In this document: piece after piece, positions 36,247 through 47,265 of the stretch
How the letters are laid out: each line of letters starts with the position of its first letter
Numbering within the stretch: position 1 is the stretch's first letter
Origin: Squalus acanthias
Lineage: Eukaryota
NCBI GenBank assembly: GCA_030390025.1
Contig: CM059433.1
Coordinates: 5,146,001-5,210,000 of the forward strand
Direction of reading: 5' to 3'
Length of the DNA: 64,000 nt
Translations under genes and position numbers: made by a program
Notes under the pieces: model-generated
Database searches by the model: none
The model's input: only the letters and a program-made list of their open reading frames with translations
Told to the model about the DNA's origin: nothing

Positions 36247-36259
36247 TTTAATCAACTTG
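36247..36259 (+). promoter_or_regulatory. Non-tRNA primer-binding site, complementary to LTR positions 36189-36201
   Basis: tttaatcaacttg is the exact reverse complement of caagttgattaaa; lies 1 nt after the LTR; no TGG. Confidence 0.7.
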
Positions 36260-36345
36260 ATATCGTCTCCACGCTTTGGGTGATTCGGAACAACCAGCTG
36301 CAACTCGAACCACAGAAGGGAACTTGGGCAAGAAACTGATCCATC

Positions 36346-37149
36346 ATGGAAAAACTCCTTAGACCCGCTCGTCTCGACCTGGACCCGAATGCACCTGCGG
36401 CAGCAAAGGTATGGAAGCATTGGTTTCGTACCTTTAGCAACTTTCTTGAAGAATGTGGGGCGGATGTCCCTAATAAGTTACGAATGCTTATCAACTACGT
36501 GTCTCCTCATGTGTATGATTATATTGAGGACTGTATAGACTATGACACTGCTATTGAAATCTTACAGCAGCTATATGTCAAGTCCCCAAATGAAATCTTT
36601 GCTCGACACCTACTGGCCACAACTCGGCAGCAGCCTGGGGAATCACTCGATGAATTTCTCCAGAAACTTCGCAGGCTCAGCAAGGATTGTAACCTTAAAG
36701 CAGTTTCAGCTGATCAGTATCAAGAGGAACTAATCCGCGATTCCTTTATCAATGGAATCGCGTCCCCTTTTATACGTCAGCGCCTGCTGGAAAATAAAAC
36801 CCTCAATTTACGGGCTGCTTATGACCAGGCGTGTTCCTTGGACTTGGCCAAGAAAAATGCAGACACTTATCTCCCACCACGTGCACGGGCGGCGGCTATC
36901 TCCTTTAATGAGTCTTTCGGTAGGTCTCGGGCGGATGCCCCCACTGATGTTGACTCTACTCTAACAGATGACGACCCTACCCTAGAGGCCTTCGCTGATG
37001 ACGACCCCGCCCTAGCAGCATCCTGGCAATCAGGAAGAAAGTGTTTCTTTTGTGGAGGGGCGTGCCATCACAGAAAATTTTGCCCGGCTCGTAATGTGAC
37101 CTGCAATCATTGCAGCAAGAAAGGACACTTTTCCAAGGTATGCCAGTAA
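36346..37149 (+). CDS. Gypsy Gag with two CCHC zinc knuckles
   Basis: 267-aa ORF; RQQPGESLDEFLQKLRRL, CFFCGGACHHRKFC and CNHCSKKGHFSKVC. Confidence 0.9.
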   Translation: MEKLLRPARLDLDPNAPAAAKVWKHWFRTFSNFLEECGADVPNKLRMLINYVSPHVYDYIEDCIDYDTAIEILQQLYVKSPNEIFARHLLATTRQQPGESLDEFLQKLRRLSKDCNLKAVSADQYQEELIRDSFINGIASPFIRQRLLENKTLNLRAAYDQACSLDLAKKNADTYLPPRARAAAISFNESFGRSRADAPTDVDSTLTDDDPTLEAFADDDPALAASWQSGRKCFFCGGACHHRKFCPARNVTCNHCSKKGHFSKVCQ

Positions 37150-40100
37150 CAAGAAAGGCCGCTCCTCTAAAGTATACCGGTCGAGAGCTCCTGTTAGCTT
37201 CACAGCTGCTATCTATGGAGCTGCTCCTCCCCCAAGAACTACTGTTAAGGCTACAGTTGCCGAAGGGAAAATTGCCCCTCCTCCCATCACGGCTGTTTTT
37301 CCCCAAAGTTTGTCCCATGCAGCCACGAAGGTTTCAGTAAATGGGCACACTCTAAGCGCGCTAATCGACTCCTGCAGCTCTGACAGCTTCATTAGTAAGC
37401 GGGTTGTCAACAGGTTAAAACTGCACATTTATCCCTCGGACAGGGAGATTGCAATGGCTCTGACGACTCTGACCACCAATTCTTCTGGCTTCTGTCTGGT
37501 CAACCTTATCCTCAACGGCCGCACGTATCTCTCCACCCGGCTCGGAGTACTCGCAAACTTATGCAGCGATGTGCTTCTGGGACAGGACTTCCAGAAGCAG
37601 CACAAGAAGATCACTTTTGAGTTTGGAGGGTCAAGGCCGGAGCTTACCATTTCTAAGGTGCCGTTTTGTGCACTCTCGGCGGCCTTACTCGGTGAACCCT
37701 CCCTGTTTGCCAATCTTCCCCCCCGCTGTAAACCCATAGCCACCAAATCGCGGCGCTTTAGCCAAGACGATCGAGCGTTTATTGAGGCGGAAATCTCTCG
37801 CCTTTTAGTCGACGGTATTATCGAGCCATGTTCATCTCCCTGGCGGGCTCAGGTCGTCATCGTGAGGAATCCCTTAAAACAACATAAAAAACGTCTGTGT
37901 ATCGATTATTCGCAGACTATTAATCTATATACCGATCTGGATGCCTACCCGCTGCCACGCATAGATGACATGGTCAACAACCTTGCCAAATACAAGGTAT
38001 TCTCGACCTTCGATTTAAAAAGCGCGTACCATCAGGTGCCACTGCAAGACTCCGACAAGAAGTATACGGCCTTTGAGGCCAATGGTCGGCTTTTCCAGTT
38101 TCGCCGCCTTCCATTTGGGGTCACCAATGGGGTGGCCGTCTTCCAACGGGCCATGGATGGCCTAGTCCGGCAAGAGAACTTGACGGATACCTTTCCGTAT
38201 TTAGACAATATCACTATTGCCGGCCATGATCAAAAGGAGCATGACGCCAATCTTCAGAGATTTTTTGACGTACTCCGCCGTCGCCACTTAACGTTAAACG
38301 AATCCAAATCGGTGAAGTCGGTGCCATCGGTGAACATTCTTGGCTACTGGGTGGGCAACGGTGTTATTAAACCGGACCCAGAGCGACTTCGTCCACTTCA
38401 GGAGCTCCCTCCCCCGACGAACCTCGGCTCTCTTCGTCGGGCACTTGGCATGTTTGCTTATTACGCAAAATGGATACCACACTTCTCCGATAAAATACAG
38501 CCCCTGCTCCATGCGAAGTCTTTTCCATTGGAAGCTACGGCTATTTCTGCCTTCAACCTCCTCAAACGACAGCTGGAGAAAGCCACGCTTCGCTCCATTG
38601 ACGAAAATCTTCCTTTTGTGGTCGAATGCGATGCATCGGAGGTGGCGATCTCCGCTACCTTGAATCAAGGTGGCCGACCTGTGGCATTCCTATCCAGAAC
38701 CTTGCAGGGTAGCGAGCTCCATTACCCCCCCGTCGAGAAGGAGGCTACGGCCATCATCGAGGCTGTACGCCAATGGGGTCATTTTCTTGCTCGGCGTCAT
38801 TTTACGCTTATAACTGTCCAGCGCTCTGTGGCCTTCATGTTGGATAACCGGAGGCGCACGAAAATCAAAAATAATAAAATTCAACTCTGGAGGATGGAGC
38901 TGGCTGCCTTTGGATATACTATCTGTTACCGACCCGGCAAACAGAACGTGGCCCCAGATACCTTCACACGGGCATTTTGCTCCTCAATGTCAACGTCGAC
39001 TCTGGCGGATTTGCATATGGACTTATGCCATCCTGGTGTGACCCGCATGTTGCACTTTGTGCGCTCCAAAAATCTACCATTTTCAACCGAGGACGTAAAG
39101 AAAACATGCTCCTCCTGTAGGATTTGTGCAGAATTGAAACCACAATTCTTTCGCCCATCAGATGGCTTACTCATACATGCAATGCAGCCTATGCAGAGGC
39201 TCAGCATAGACTTTAAAGGGCCATTGCCTTCATCGACAAGGAACACCTACCTACTTACGATGGTGGACGAGTATTCACGCTTTCCCTTCGCCTTCCCCTG
39301 CCCTAATATGCTTACCTCTACGGTAATTAAATGCCTCGATCAGGTCTTTTCCCTTTGCGGGACGGCCAATTTTATCCACACTGATCGGGGTCCCTCCTTT
39401 ATGTCGAGTGAACTTAAAAGTTATCTCTCCCAACGGGGAATCGCCTCAAGTAGGACGACACCATATCACCCAATCGGTAACGGACAGGTTGAACGATACA
39501 ATGCCATCATCTGGAACGCTGTCCGTCTGGCACTAAGGTCACGCAACCTGCCGGACCAGCAGTGGGAAACGGTGCTCCCCGACGCGTTACACTCTATCAG
39601 GTCTCTTCTCTCCACATCTACTAATGTCACGCCTCATGAGCGATTCTTCAAATTCCGGCGTCGCTCTACACATGGGACGTCTCTACCATCATGGTTGGTG
39701 GCTCCAGGCCCGGTACTACTCCGGAGGTTCGTCCGGTCTGCCAAAAACGACCCTCTCGTTGACGAGGTGGAGTTAACGGAGGTAAACCCCACGTATGCGC
39801 ACGTACGGTACCCTGATGGCCGGGAGACCACCGTCTCGCTCCGAGATCTGGCTCCCTGCCCAACCAGTCACACGGGCCCAAATGATGAAGGATCCCCCGA
39901 CAATGATATCAACACTCCGCACCCCTATGAAAATGACGCCCCACCTGGGACATCGGGGGATCTGCCGGCAACGCTACCGGATCAACTCAGGGAGCTGGAC
40001 GCTCCCCGTAGGATGCCCACCCGAAACCAGGACGCCGGACAATCTCCAGCCACGACCCGGGATGAGGCCAGCTCAGCACCTGTGGGGACCCGCACCCGGA

Positions 40101-40273
40101 GTCATGATATTCCCAGTCCTCCACAGGATGATCAAGATGACGCGGACTCTACTGACTTACCGGTACGGGCCAAGCGACCCAGGGACCAGGACACGGTCCG
40201 GGGAGACGTGCCTTCCAGTCACAAGCAGAGAGCTAAACGTCTGCGGCTATTTCTGGTCCGCCTAGTCCGTTAA
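37100..40273 (+). CDS. Gypsy Pol (protease, RT, RNase H, integrase); frame open from 37100, ORF track starts at 37310
   Basis: LIDSCSS; RLCIDY, YPLPRI, FDLKSAYHQ, LPFG, YLDN; CDAS, EKE; H-H-C-C, IDFKG, HTDRG, GQVERYN. Confidence 0.92.
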   Translation, partial: PAIIAARKDTFPRYASNKKGRSSKVYRSRAPVSFTAAIYGAAPPPRTTVKATVAEGKIAPPPITAVFPQSLSHAATKVSVNGHTLSALIDSCSSDSFISKRVVNRLKLHIYPSDREIAMALTTLTTNSSGFCLVNLILNGRTYLSTRLGVLANLCSDVLLGQDFQKQHKKITFEFGGSRPELTISKVPFCALSAALLGEPSLFANLPPRCKPIATKSRRFSQDDRAFIEAEISRLLVDGIIEPCSSPWRAQVVIVRNPLKQHKKRLCIDYSQTINLYTDLDAYPLPRIDDMVNNLAKYKVFSTFDLKSAYHQVPLQDSDKKYTAFEANGRLFQFRRLPFGVTNGVAVFQRAMDGLVRQENLTDTFPYLDNITIAGHDQKEHDANLQRFFDVLRRRHLTLNESKSVKSVPSVNILGYWVGNGVIKPDPERLRPLQELPPPTNLGSLRRALGMFAYYAKWIPHFSDKIQPLLHAKSFPLEATAISAFNLLKRQLEKATLRSIDENLPFVVECDASEVAISATLNQGGRPVAFLSRTLQGSELHYPPVEKEATAIIEAVRQWGHFLARRHFTLITVQRSVAFMLDNRRRTKIKNNKIQLWRMELAAFGYTICYRPGKQNVAPDTFTRAFCSSMSTSTLADLHMDLCHPGVTRMLHFVRSKNLPFSTEDVKKTCSSCRICAELKPQFFRPSDGLLIHAMQPMQRLSIDFKGPLPSSTRNTYLLTMVDEYSRFPFAFPCPNMLTSTVIKCLDQVFSLCGTANFIHTDRGPSFMSSELKSYLSQRGIASSRTTPYHPIGNGQVERYNAIIWNAVRLALRSRNLPDQQWETVLPDALHSIRSLLSTSTNVTPHERFFKFRRRSTHGTSLPSWLVAPGPVLLRRFVRSAKNDPLVDEVELTEVNPTYAHVRYPDGRETTVSLRDLAPCPTSHTGPNDEGSPDNDINTPHPYENDAPPGTSGDLPATLPDQLRELDAPRRMPTRNQDAGQSPATTRDEASSAPVGTRTRSHDIPSPPQDDQDDADSTDLPVRAKRPRDQDTVRGDVPSSHKQRAKRLRLFLVRLVR

Positions 40274-40299
40274 AGGAAGACTGGACTTCCAAACCTTTT

Positions 40300-40311
40300 A
40301 GGGAGGAAGAA
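40300..40311 (+). promoter_or_regulatory. Polypurine tract
   Basis: agggaggaagaa immediately before the 3' LTR. Confidence 0.85.
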
Positions 40312-40526
40312 TGTCATAAATCGCAAGTAACAACTCAGGAAGTACTACTGGGCGGCCAGCTGGGGCGCCGTCCAGGGAGTATAAATACTCAGGCATGGGC
40401 CCACCTTGGGCAGAGACAATCTGGAAACAGGAAGCTAGTGACTGCTAACTAGACCTCCATGTTTTGTTACAAGTTGATTAAAGCCTTGCTTTATGTTCAA
40501 GTGCGTAGTGAGTCTTTATTACGTCA
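40312..40526 (+). repeat. 3' LTR
   Basis: Direct repeat of 36031-36245. Confidence 0.97.
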
Positions 40527-42950
40527 GTAGCGTTGAGGAGGAGTTCATAGAGTGCATCCGGGATGGTTTCCTAGAACAGTATGTAATGGAACCAACCAGG
40601 GAGCAGGCTATCTTGGATCTGGTACTATGTAATGAGACAGAATTAATAAATGATCTCATAGTAAAGATCCTCTAGGAAAGAGTGATCATAGCATAGTTGA
40701 ATTTCAAATTCAGTTGGAGGGTGAGAAAGTTGTATCTCAAACCAGTGTCCTGATCTTAAACAAAGGCAATTGCAGTGGCATGAGGGCAGAACTGGCTAAA
40801 GTGGACTGGAAAAATAAATTAAAGGGTAAGACAGTTGAAATGCAGTGGCGGACATTTAAGGAGATATTTCATAACTCTCAACAAAAATATATTCCAGTGA
40901 GAAAGAAAGATTTTAAGAGTAGGGAGCACCATCCGTGGCTAACTAAGGAAATAAAGGATGGTATCAAATTGAAAACGAAGGCATGCAATGTTGCCAAGAT
41001 TGGTGGGAGACCAGAGGATTGGGAAATTTTTTAAAACCAGCAAAGGATGACTAAAAAAATAATAAAGAGAGAGAAGATGAATTATGAGAGTAAACTGGCA
41101 AGAAACATTAAAACAGATAGTAAGAGCTTCTACAGGTATATAAATAGGAAGAGGGTAGCTAAAGTAAACGTTGGTCCCTTAGAGGATGAGACTGGGGAAT
41201 TAATAATGGGGAACGGGGAAATGGCAGAGACTCTGAACAAATATTTTGTATCTGTCTTCACGGTAGAAGACACTAACAACATCCCAATAATGAATAATCA
41301 AGGGGCCACAGGGAGGGGGGAACTAAAGACAATCACTATCACTAAAGAAATAGTACTTGGTAAAGTAATGGGACTAAAAGATGACAAGTCCCCTGGACCA
41401 GATGGCCTGCATCCCAGGGTCTTAAAAGTGGCTGCAGAGATAGTGGATGCATTGGTTGCAATATACCAAAATTCCCTGGACTCTGGAGAGGTCCCAGCGG
41501 ATTGGAAAACCGCAAATGTAACAACCCTATTTAAGAAAGGAGGGAGACAGAAAGCAGGAAACTATAGACCAGTTAGCCTAACATCTGTCATTGGGAAAAT
41601 GCTGGAGTCCTTCATTAAGGAAGCAGTAGCAGGGCATTTGGAAAATCATAATGCAGTCAAGCAGAGTCAGCATGGTTTTATGAAAGGGAAATCATGTTTA
41701 ACAAACTTGCTGGAGTTCTTTGAGGAGGTAACGAGCAGGGTGGACAAAGGAGAACCAGTGGATGTGGTGTTTTTGGATTTCCAGAAGGCATTCGATAAGG
41801 TGCCACATAAAAGGTTACTGCATAAGATAAGAGCTCACGGAATTGGGGGGAATATATTAGCATGGATAGAGAATTGGCAGAGAGTCGGGATAAATGGGTA
41901 ATTTTCTGGTTGGCAAACAGTAACTAGTGGGCTGCCACAGGGATCGGTGCTGGGGCCCCAACTATTTACAATCTACATTAATGACATGGATGAAGGGACC
42001 GAGTGTAATGTAGCCAAGTTTGCGGATGATACAAAGATGGGTGGGAAAGCAAGTTGTGCAGAGGACTCAAAGAATCTGCAAAGGGATATAGACAGGCTAG
42101 GTGAGTGGGCAAACATTTGGCAGATGGAGTATAATGTGGGAAAGTGCGAGGTTATACACTTTGTCAGGAAAAATAAAAAAGCAAATTATTATTTAAATGG
42201 AGAGAAATTACAAAATGCTACAGTTCAGAGGGACCTGGGGGTCCTTGTGCATGAAACACAAAAAGTTAGCATGCAGGTACAGCAAGTAATCAAAAAGGCA
42301 AATGGAATGTTGGCCTTTATTTCAAAGGGGTTGGAGTATAAAAGCAGGGAAGTCCTGCTGCAACTGTACAGCGTATTGGTGAGACCACACCTTGAGTACT
42401 GCGTACAGTTTTGGTCTCCTTATTTAAGGAAGGATATACTTGCATTGGAGGCAGTTCAGAGACGATTCACTAGGTTAATTCCAGAGATGAGGGGGTTGAC
42501 TTATGAGGAAAGGTTGAGCAGGTTGGGCCTATACTCATTGGAATTTAGGAGAATGAGAGGTGATCTTATTGAAACATATAAGATACTGAGGGGGCATGAC
42601 AAGGTAGATGCAGAGAGGTTGTTTCCCCTTGTGGGGAAATCTGGAACGCGGGGGCACAGTTTTAGAATAAAGGGTCGCCCTTTTAGAACTGAGATGAGGA
42701 GGAATTTCTTCTCTCAGAGGGTCGTAAATCTGTGGAATTCTCAGCCCCAGAGAGCCGTGGAGGCTGGGTCATTAAATACATTTAAGGTGGAGATAGACAG
42801 ATTTTTGCAAGATAAGGGAGTGAAGGGTTATGGGGAGTGGGCAGGACAGTGGCTTTGAGCCCAAGATCAGCCATGATCTTATTGAATGGCGGAGCAGGCT
42901 TGAGGGGCCAAGTGGCCTATTCCTGCTCCTATTTCTTATGTTCTTATGTT

Positions 42951-45355
42951 CAAGAGGGCAGAATTTGAGGAGTGCAGATATCTCAGGGGGTTGTGGGGCT
43001 GAAGGAGATTACAGAGATAGGGAGGGGCATGGCCATGGAGGGATTTGAAAACAAGGATGAGAATTTTGAAATCGAGGCGTTGCTTAATCGGGAGCCAATG
43101 GAAGTCAGCGAGCACAGGGGTGATGGGCGAACGGGACTTGGTGTGAGTTAGGACATGGGCAGCCGAGTTTTGGATGACCTCAAGTTTACGTAGGGTGGAA
43201 TGTGGGAGCCCAGCCAGGAGTGCATTGGAATAGTCAAGTCTAGAGTTAACAAAGGCATGGATGAGGGTTTCAGCAGCAGATGAGCTGAGGCAGGGGCAGA
43301 GACGGGCAATGTTACGGAGGCGGAAGTAGGCGGCCTTTGTTATGCTGCGGATATGTGGTCGGAAGCTCATTTCAGGGTCAAATATGACACCAAGGTTGCG
43401 AACAGTGTGGTTCAGCCTCAGACAGATGTTAGGGGGAAGATGTTAGGGAGCGGGATGGAGTCAGTGGCTAGGGAACGGAGTTTGTGGCGGGGACCAAAAA
43501 CAATGGCTTCGGTCTTCCCAATATTTAATTGGAGAAAATTACTGCTCATCTAGAACTGTATGTCGGACAAGCAGTCTGACAATTTAGAGACCGTGGAGGG
43601 GTCGAGAGAAGTGGTGGTGAGGTAGAGCTGGGTGTTGTCAGCATACATGTGGAAACTGATGCTATGTTTTTGGATGATGTCGCCAAGGGGCAGCATATAG
43701 ATGAGAAATAGGATGGGGCCAAGGATAGATCCTTGGGGGACACCAGAGGTAACGATGTGGGAGTGGGAAGAGAAGCCGTTGCAGGTGATTCTCTGGCTAC
43801 GATTAGATAGATAAGAATGGAACCAGGCGAGTGCAGTCCCACCCAGCTGGACGACGGTGGAGAGGCATTGGAGAAGGATGGAGTGGTCAACCATGTCAAA
43901 GGCTGCAGACAGGTCGAGAAGGACAAGGAGGGACAGTTTACCTTTGTCACGGTCACAAAGGATGTCATTTGTGACTTTGATGAGAGCCGTTTCGGTACTG
44001 TGGCAAGGGCGGAAACTGGATTCGAGGGATTCGAACATGGAGTTCCGGGAAAGATAGGCACGGATTTGGGAGGCGACAACATGTTCAAGGATTTTGGGGA
44101 GGAAAGGGAGGTTGGAGATGGGACGATAATTTGCAAGGACAAAGGGATCAAGGGTTGTTTTTTTGAGGAGAGGGATGATGATGGCAGATTTGAGGGAGAG
44201 GGGGACAGTACCGGAGGAGAGAGAACCGTTAACAATGTCAGCTAACATGGGAGCCAGAAAAAAAAGTTGGGTGGGAATAGGGTCGAGGGAGCAGGAAGTG
44301 GGTCTCGTGGACAAGATGAGCGCGGAGAGGTCAGAGAAACTGGAGAAAGATACAAGTTCAGGACTAGGGCAGGGGGGAACCTTCGAGGAAGTTTGGCCCA
44401 GTGGGCTAGGGGAAGGAAGGGAAGTGGCAGAGGCAGCTGAACGGATGGTCTCAATCTTAGAGATGAAGAAGTCCATGAGCTCCTCATACTTGTTGTTGGA
44501 GGTGAGTATGGAGGAGACAGGGGAGACAGGGGAGAGGGGTTTAAGAAGATGATTAGCTGTAGAGAATAGAAGCCAGGGGTTATCTTTGCATTCCAGAATT
44601 ATCCTGGTATCGTGAGCAGTTTTGGCAGACAAGAGTAGGACCCGATAATGCTTTATGTGGTCCAGCCAGATCGGGCAGTGAATGGCTAAACCAGTTGTCC
44701 GCCATATCTGTTCAAGTCTGTGTCCCTTGGACTTGAGGGAGCGAAGATGAGGGCCGTACCGGGGGAATGGCCAGGGTGAGAGAGAGTAATGGTTTTAATA
44801 GGGACTAGGGCATCAAAGGTGGTGGTGAGGGTGTGGTTGAGCAGATCGGTATCTGCAGAAATGTTGTGATGAATGGAGGGACAAAGGTTGGACAGTTGGG
44901 ATTTCGTAAGTGCAGTTGTCAGAGAGTTGGGAGAGAGTTTTTTCCAGGGGCGGACACAGAAGGAAGTAGGGTTGGGGGGGAGGGGAATGTGGGTGGAGAG
45001 CGATACAAGGAAGTGATCAGAGATGGTCTTATCTGCGATAGACACGGTGGGAGTAGCGAGGCCACGAGAGATGGCAAGCTCGAGGGGATGGCTGTGAATA
45101 TGGGTTGGGGAATTTACATGGAGGGAGAGATTAAGGGAGGATAGGAGGTTAGTGAACTCAGCGGAGAGAGAGCATGATGAATTGAGATGGAGGTTGAAAT
45201 CACCGAGGATGAGAAGTCGCTCGGTGCAGAGGCTGAGGGAGGAAAGCAGTGAGGATATCTCGGTGATAACATTTTTATTGTACTTGGGTGGGCGGTAGAG
45301 AACGAGAATTTTAAATGAGAGGTGAGAGGGGTGGAACAAGGTGAGATGCTCAAAT
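42951..45355 (-). mobile_element. L2 LINE body (APE fragment + RT), disrupted
   Basis: VLYRPPK, LILGDFN, SDHF; NYRPISNLP, LLDLSAAFDMVDH, GVPQGSILGP, HMYADNTQLY. Confidence 0.9.
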
Positions 45356-46581
45356 TTCAGCAGAACATGAAGATCCTGGAAGAAGAGGAGATCGGTAATG
45401 TGGCCAACTTTCAGTCCCTCTCAGGCTGTCAGTGGGAGTCTTTTGGTATTGAGGGGGCCTTTGTGTTGGGTGATGAGGTGGCCCTGCAACTGCCACATAT
45501 GATGCTGCAGTGGCTGCTTAGCACTGACAGATTTCTGGTACATCATTTAACATGGGCGGGGGGGGCGGGGGAATGTGGGGGGTGGTTGGGGAGGAGAGGA
45601 CCGCTCTGGCATCATCTTGAAAGGCAGATTTGTGTCTAATCCAGCCTCGCCCTTGCTGCTAGATGTCATTTGTACCGCAATGTCAAACCTGGCAGATGAA
45701 CCACAGGAGCTGCCGACTGGCCAGAAGAGGCCAACGTAAATTTTGAAAAATTACTTTTGTGTGAAACCCTTGTTGGCCAGGAGGAGCAGGCGCGCGTCCC
45801 CCCAACCCCCGCCAGGAGACTTTGGGCTTTCCCCAGCCCAGCCTTGTCTTTCCCTCTCTGGGCTGACATTGGCTGGCAAAGTCCTCACCCAGCGGTAACT
45901 TGATGCTGAAGACCATTCCCTTGGCTCCCCGCCATCCTAAGTCTCCCAACCCGATTTCCACCCCACTCGCTGGCCCTGACCTAAGTCCTGCCGGTTTCGG
46001 GAGGGAGACTGTCCTGCATTATTTAAATGAGGTGGTTGGTTCCAATGTCAACTGGATCCTCCCCCTCCCACTCCAAGTTCTTCCCCAGCTGCGAGGAGAT
46101 ATCCTTATCCCTGGCACCGGGCAGGCAACACAGCCTTCGGGCCTCCCGGTCGCGGCTGCAGGGAACAGTATCCATCCCCCTGACTATACTGTCGCATTAC
46201 AACTAGAGAGAGCAATATAAAAAAGCTCAAACTATTTTTGTCAACGTAAAAACAAATTTGTTTAATCGTGGAAAGTACAAGTGAGTTGTAAAATAAGCAC
46301 CTTTTTAAAGTACTATTTGCTGTGTCACTGTGGATTGGCATCACACAACATTCAATGTGTTTGGAGCTGATCGCTCAAGCGCAGATGGTGTGTTTGATAC
46401 TGTGACTCAGTCCAGGAAACAGATTATCGGATGCACTTCCAAAAATGTTTTTGGATGAGGACTTCTCCCCTCTGCTCTGTAAATTTGATCTTTACACAGT
46501 TGCTAATAATTGAGCTTATGACTTACACTTCACAGATTCACTGCCTACACTGTTGAGTAGGAAAATATTTATGCTCAAATT

Positions 46582-47265
46582 GGCCCGTATTTTCCGATCG
46601 GAGGCCTCGAGGTGTGTATACTTCCGCTCCTGGGCCTCTCCAAACTCGAAATGCGCAGGGCCCACGTATGCCAGAGGCGCAGGCGGTTCGCAAGCGTCCC
46701 GGGGATCACGTGGGCCATGAGGAGCCAATAGGAGAAGGGAATCACCCTTCATACACTTGACAGATAGACCCGTCAAATATATGAATGGAGATCACCCCAA
46801 AAACACTGCAAAACATTAAATAAATTAAAAACAAAAATCACATTTTTTAAATGAGTTGAAATGACAATAAATTAAAATTTTTGAAAAAAATAATTAAAGT
46901 TTTTTACGGGGCTAAAAATAAACGTACCTTTTTAAAAGTATTTTTCAATGATAAATGAGTGGAAAAATTTAGTTTTTACTTTTTTTCAACTCTTATGCTG
47001 GTAAAAGCAGGCCTTACGCAGGCTTTTACCAGGCGTAAGATTTTTAAGGGTTTTCAGCGGGCGGAGGTTCTGCAGAAAGCGGAACTATCCGCCCGCAGAG
47101 ACCCTTCTCCAGGGCAGGCGTCCGATCTGTCAAGAGCGTTCTTGACAGATCGGAAATGCCGGTTTTCAGCGCATGCGCTTGGCATGACTCAAACCGGCAT
47201 TTCCGATGTCCCTACGGGTGTGTACACAGCGCGTACCCACCCGTAGGGATCGGAATATACGGCCC
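46582..47265. mobile_element. Harbinger-type MITE with AT-rich core
   Basis: TIRs ggcccgtattttccgatc / gatcggaatatacggccc (16 of 18 match); flanks ATT / AAT. Confidence 0.7.

Larger units (their letters stand above)
36031..40526 (+). mobile_element. Full-length Gypsy (Ty3/mdg4) LTR retrotransposon, recent insertion
   Basis: Two 215-bp TG...CA LTRs, identical by eye; 5-bp TSD GTAGC (36026-36030 / 40527-40531); gag and pol in PR-RT-RH-IN order; PPT. Confidence 0.97.
35997..42950 (+). mobile_element. 5'-truncated CR1 LINE (APE end + RT), interrupted near its 5' end by the Gypsy element
   Basis: DWTNQIGHGS|VEEEFIECIRDGFLEQ reads across the LTR insertion; KSPGPDGLHP, NYRPVSLTS, KFADDTK; (TTCTTATG)n tail; several frameshifts. 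Confidence 0.9.

Noticed and set aside
39795..40265. 156-aa ORF before the 3' LTR as a possible env or accessory gene
   Set aside because: Overlaps pol in another frame, starts at a non-optimal position, and shows no signal peptide or transmembrane segment.
43550..43660. YADN motif in the L2 RT as a second natural DN variant
   Set aside because: This copy has stops and frameshifts, so a GAC-to-AAC change is most simply post-insertion decay.
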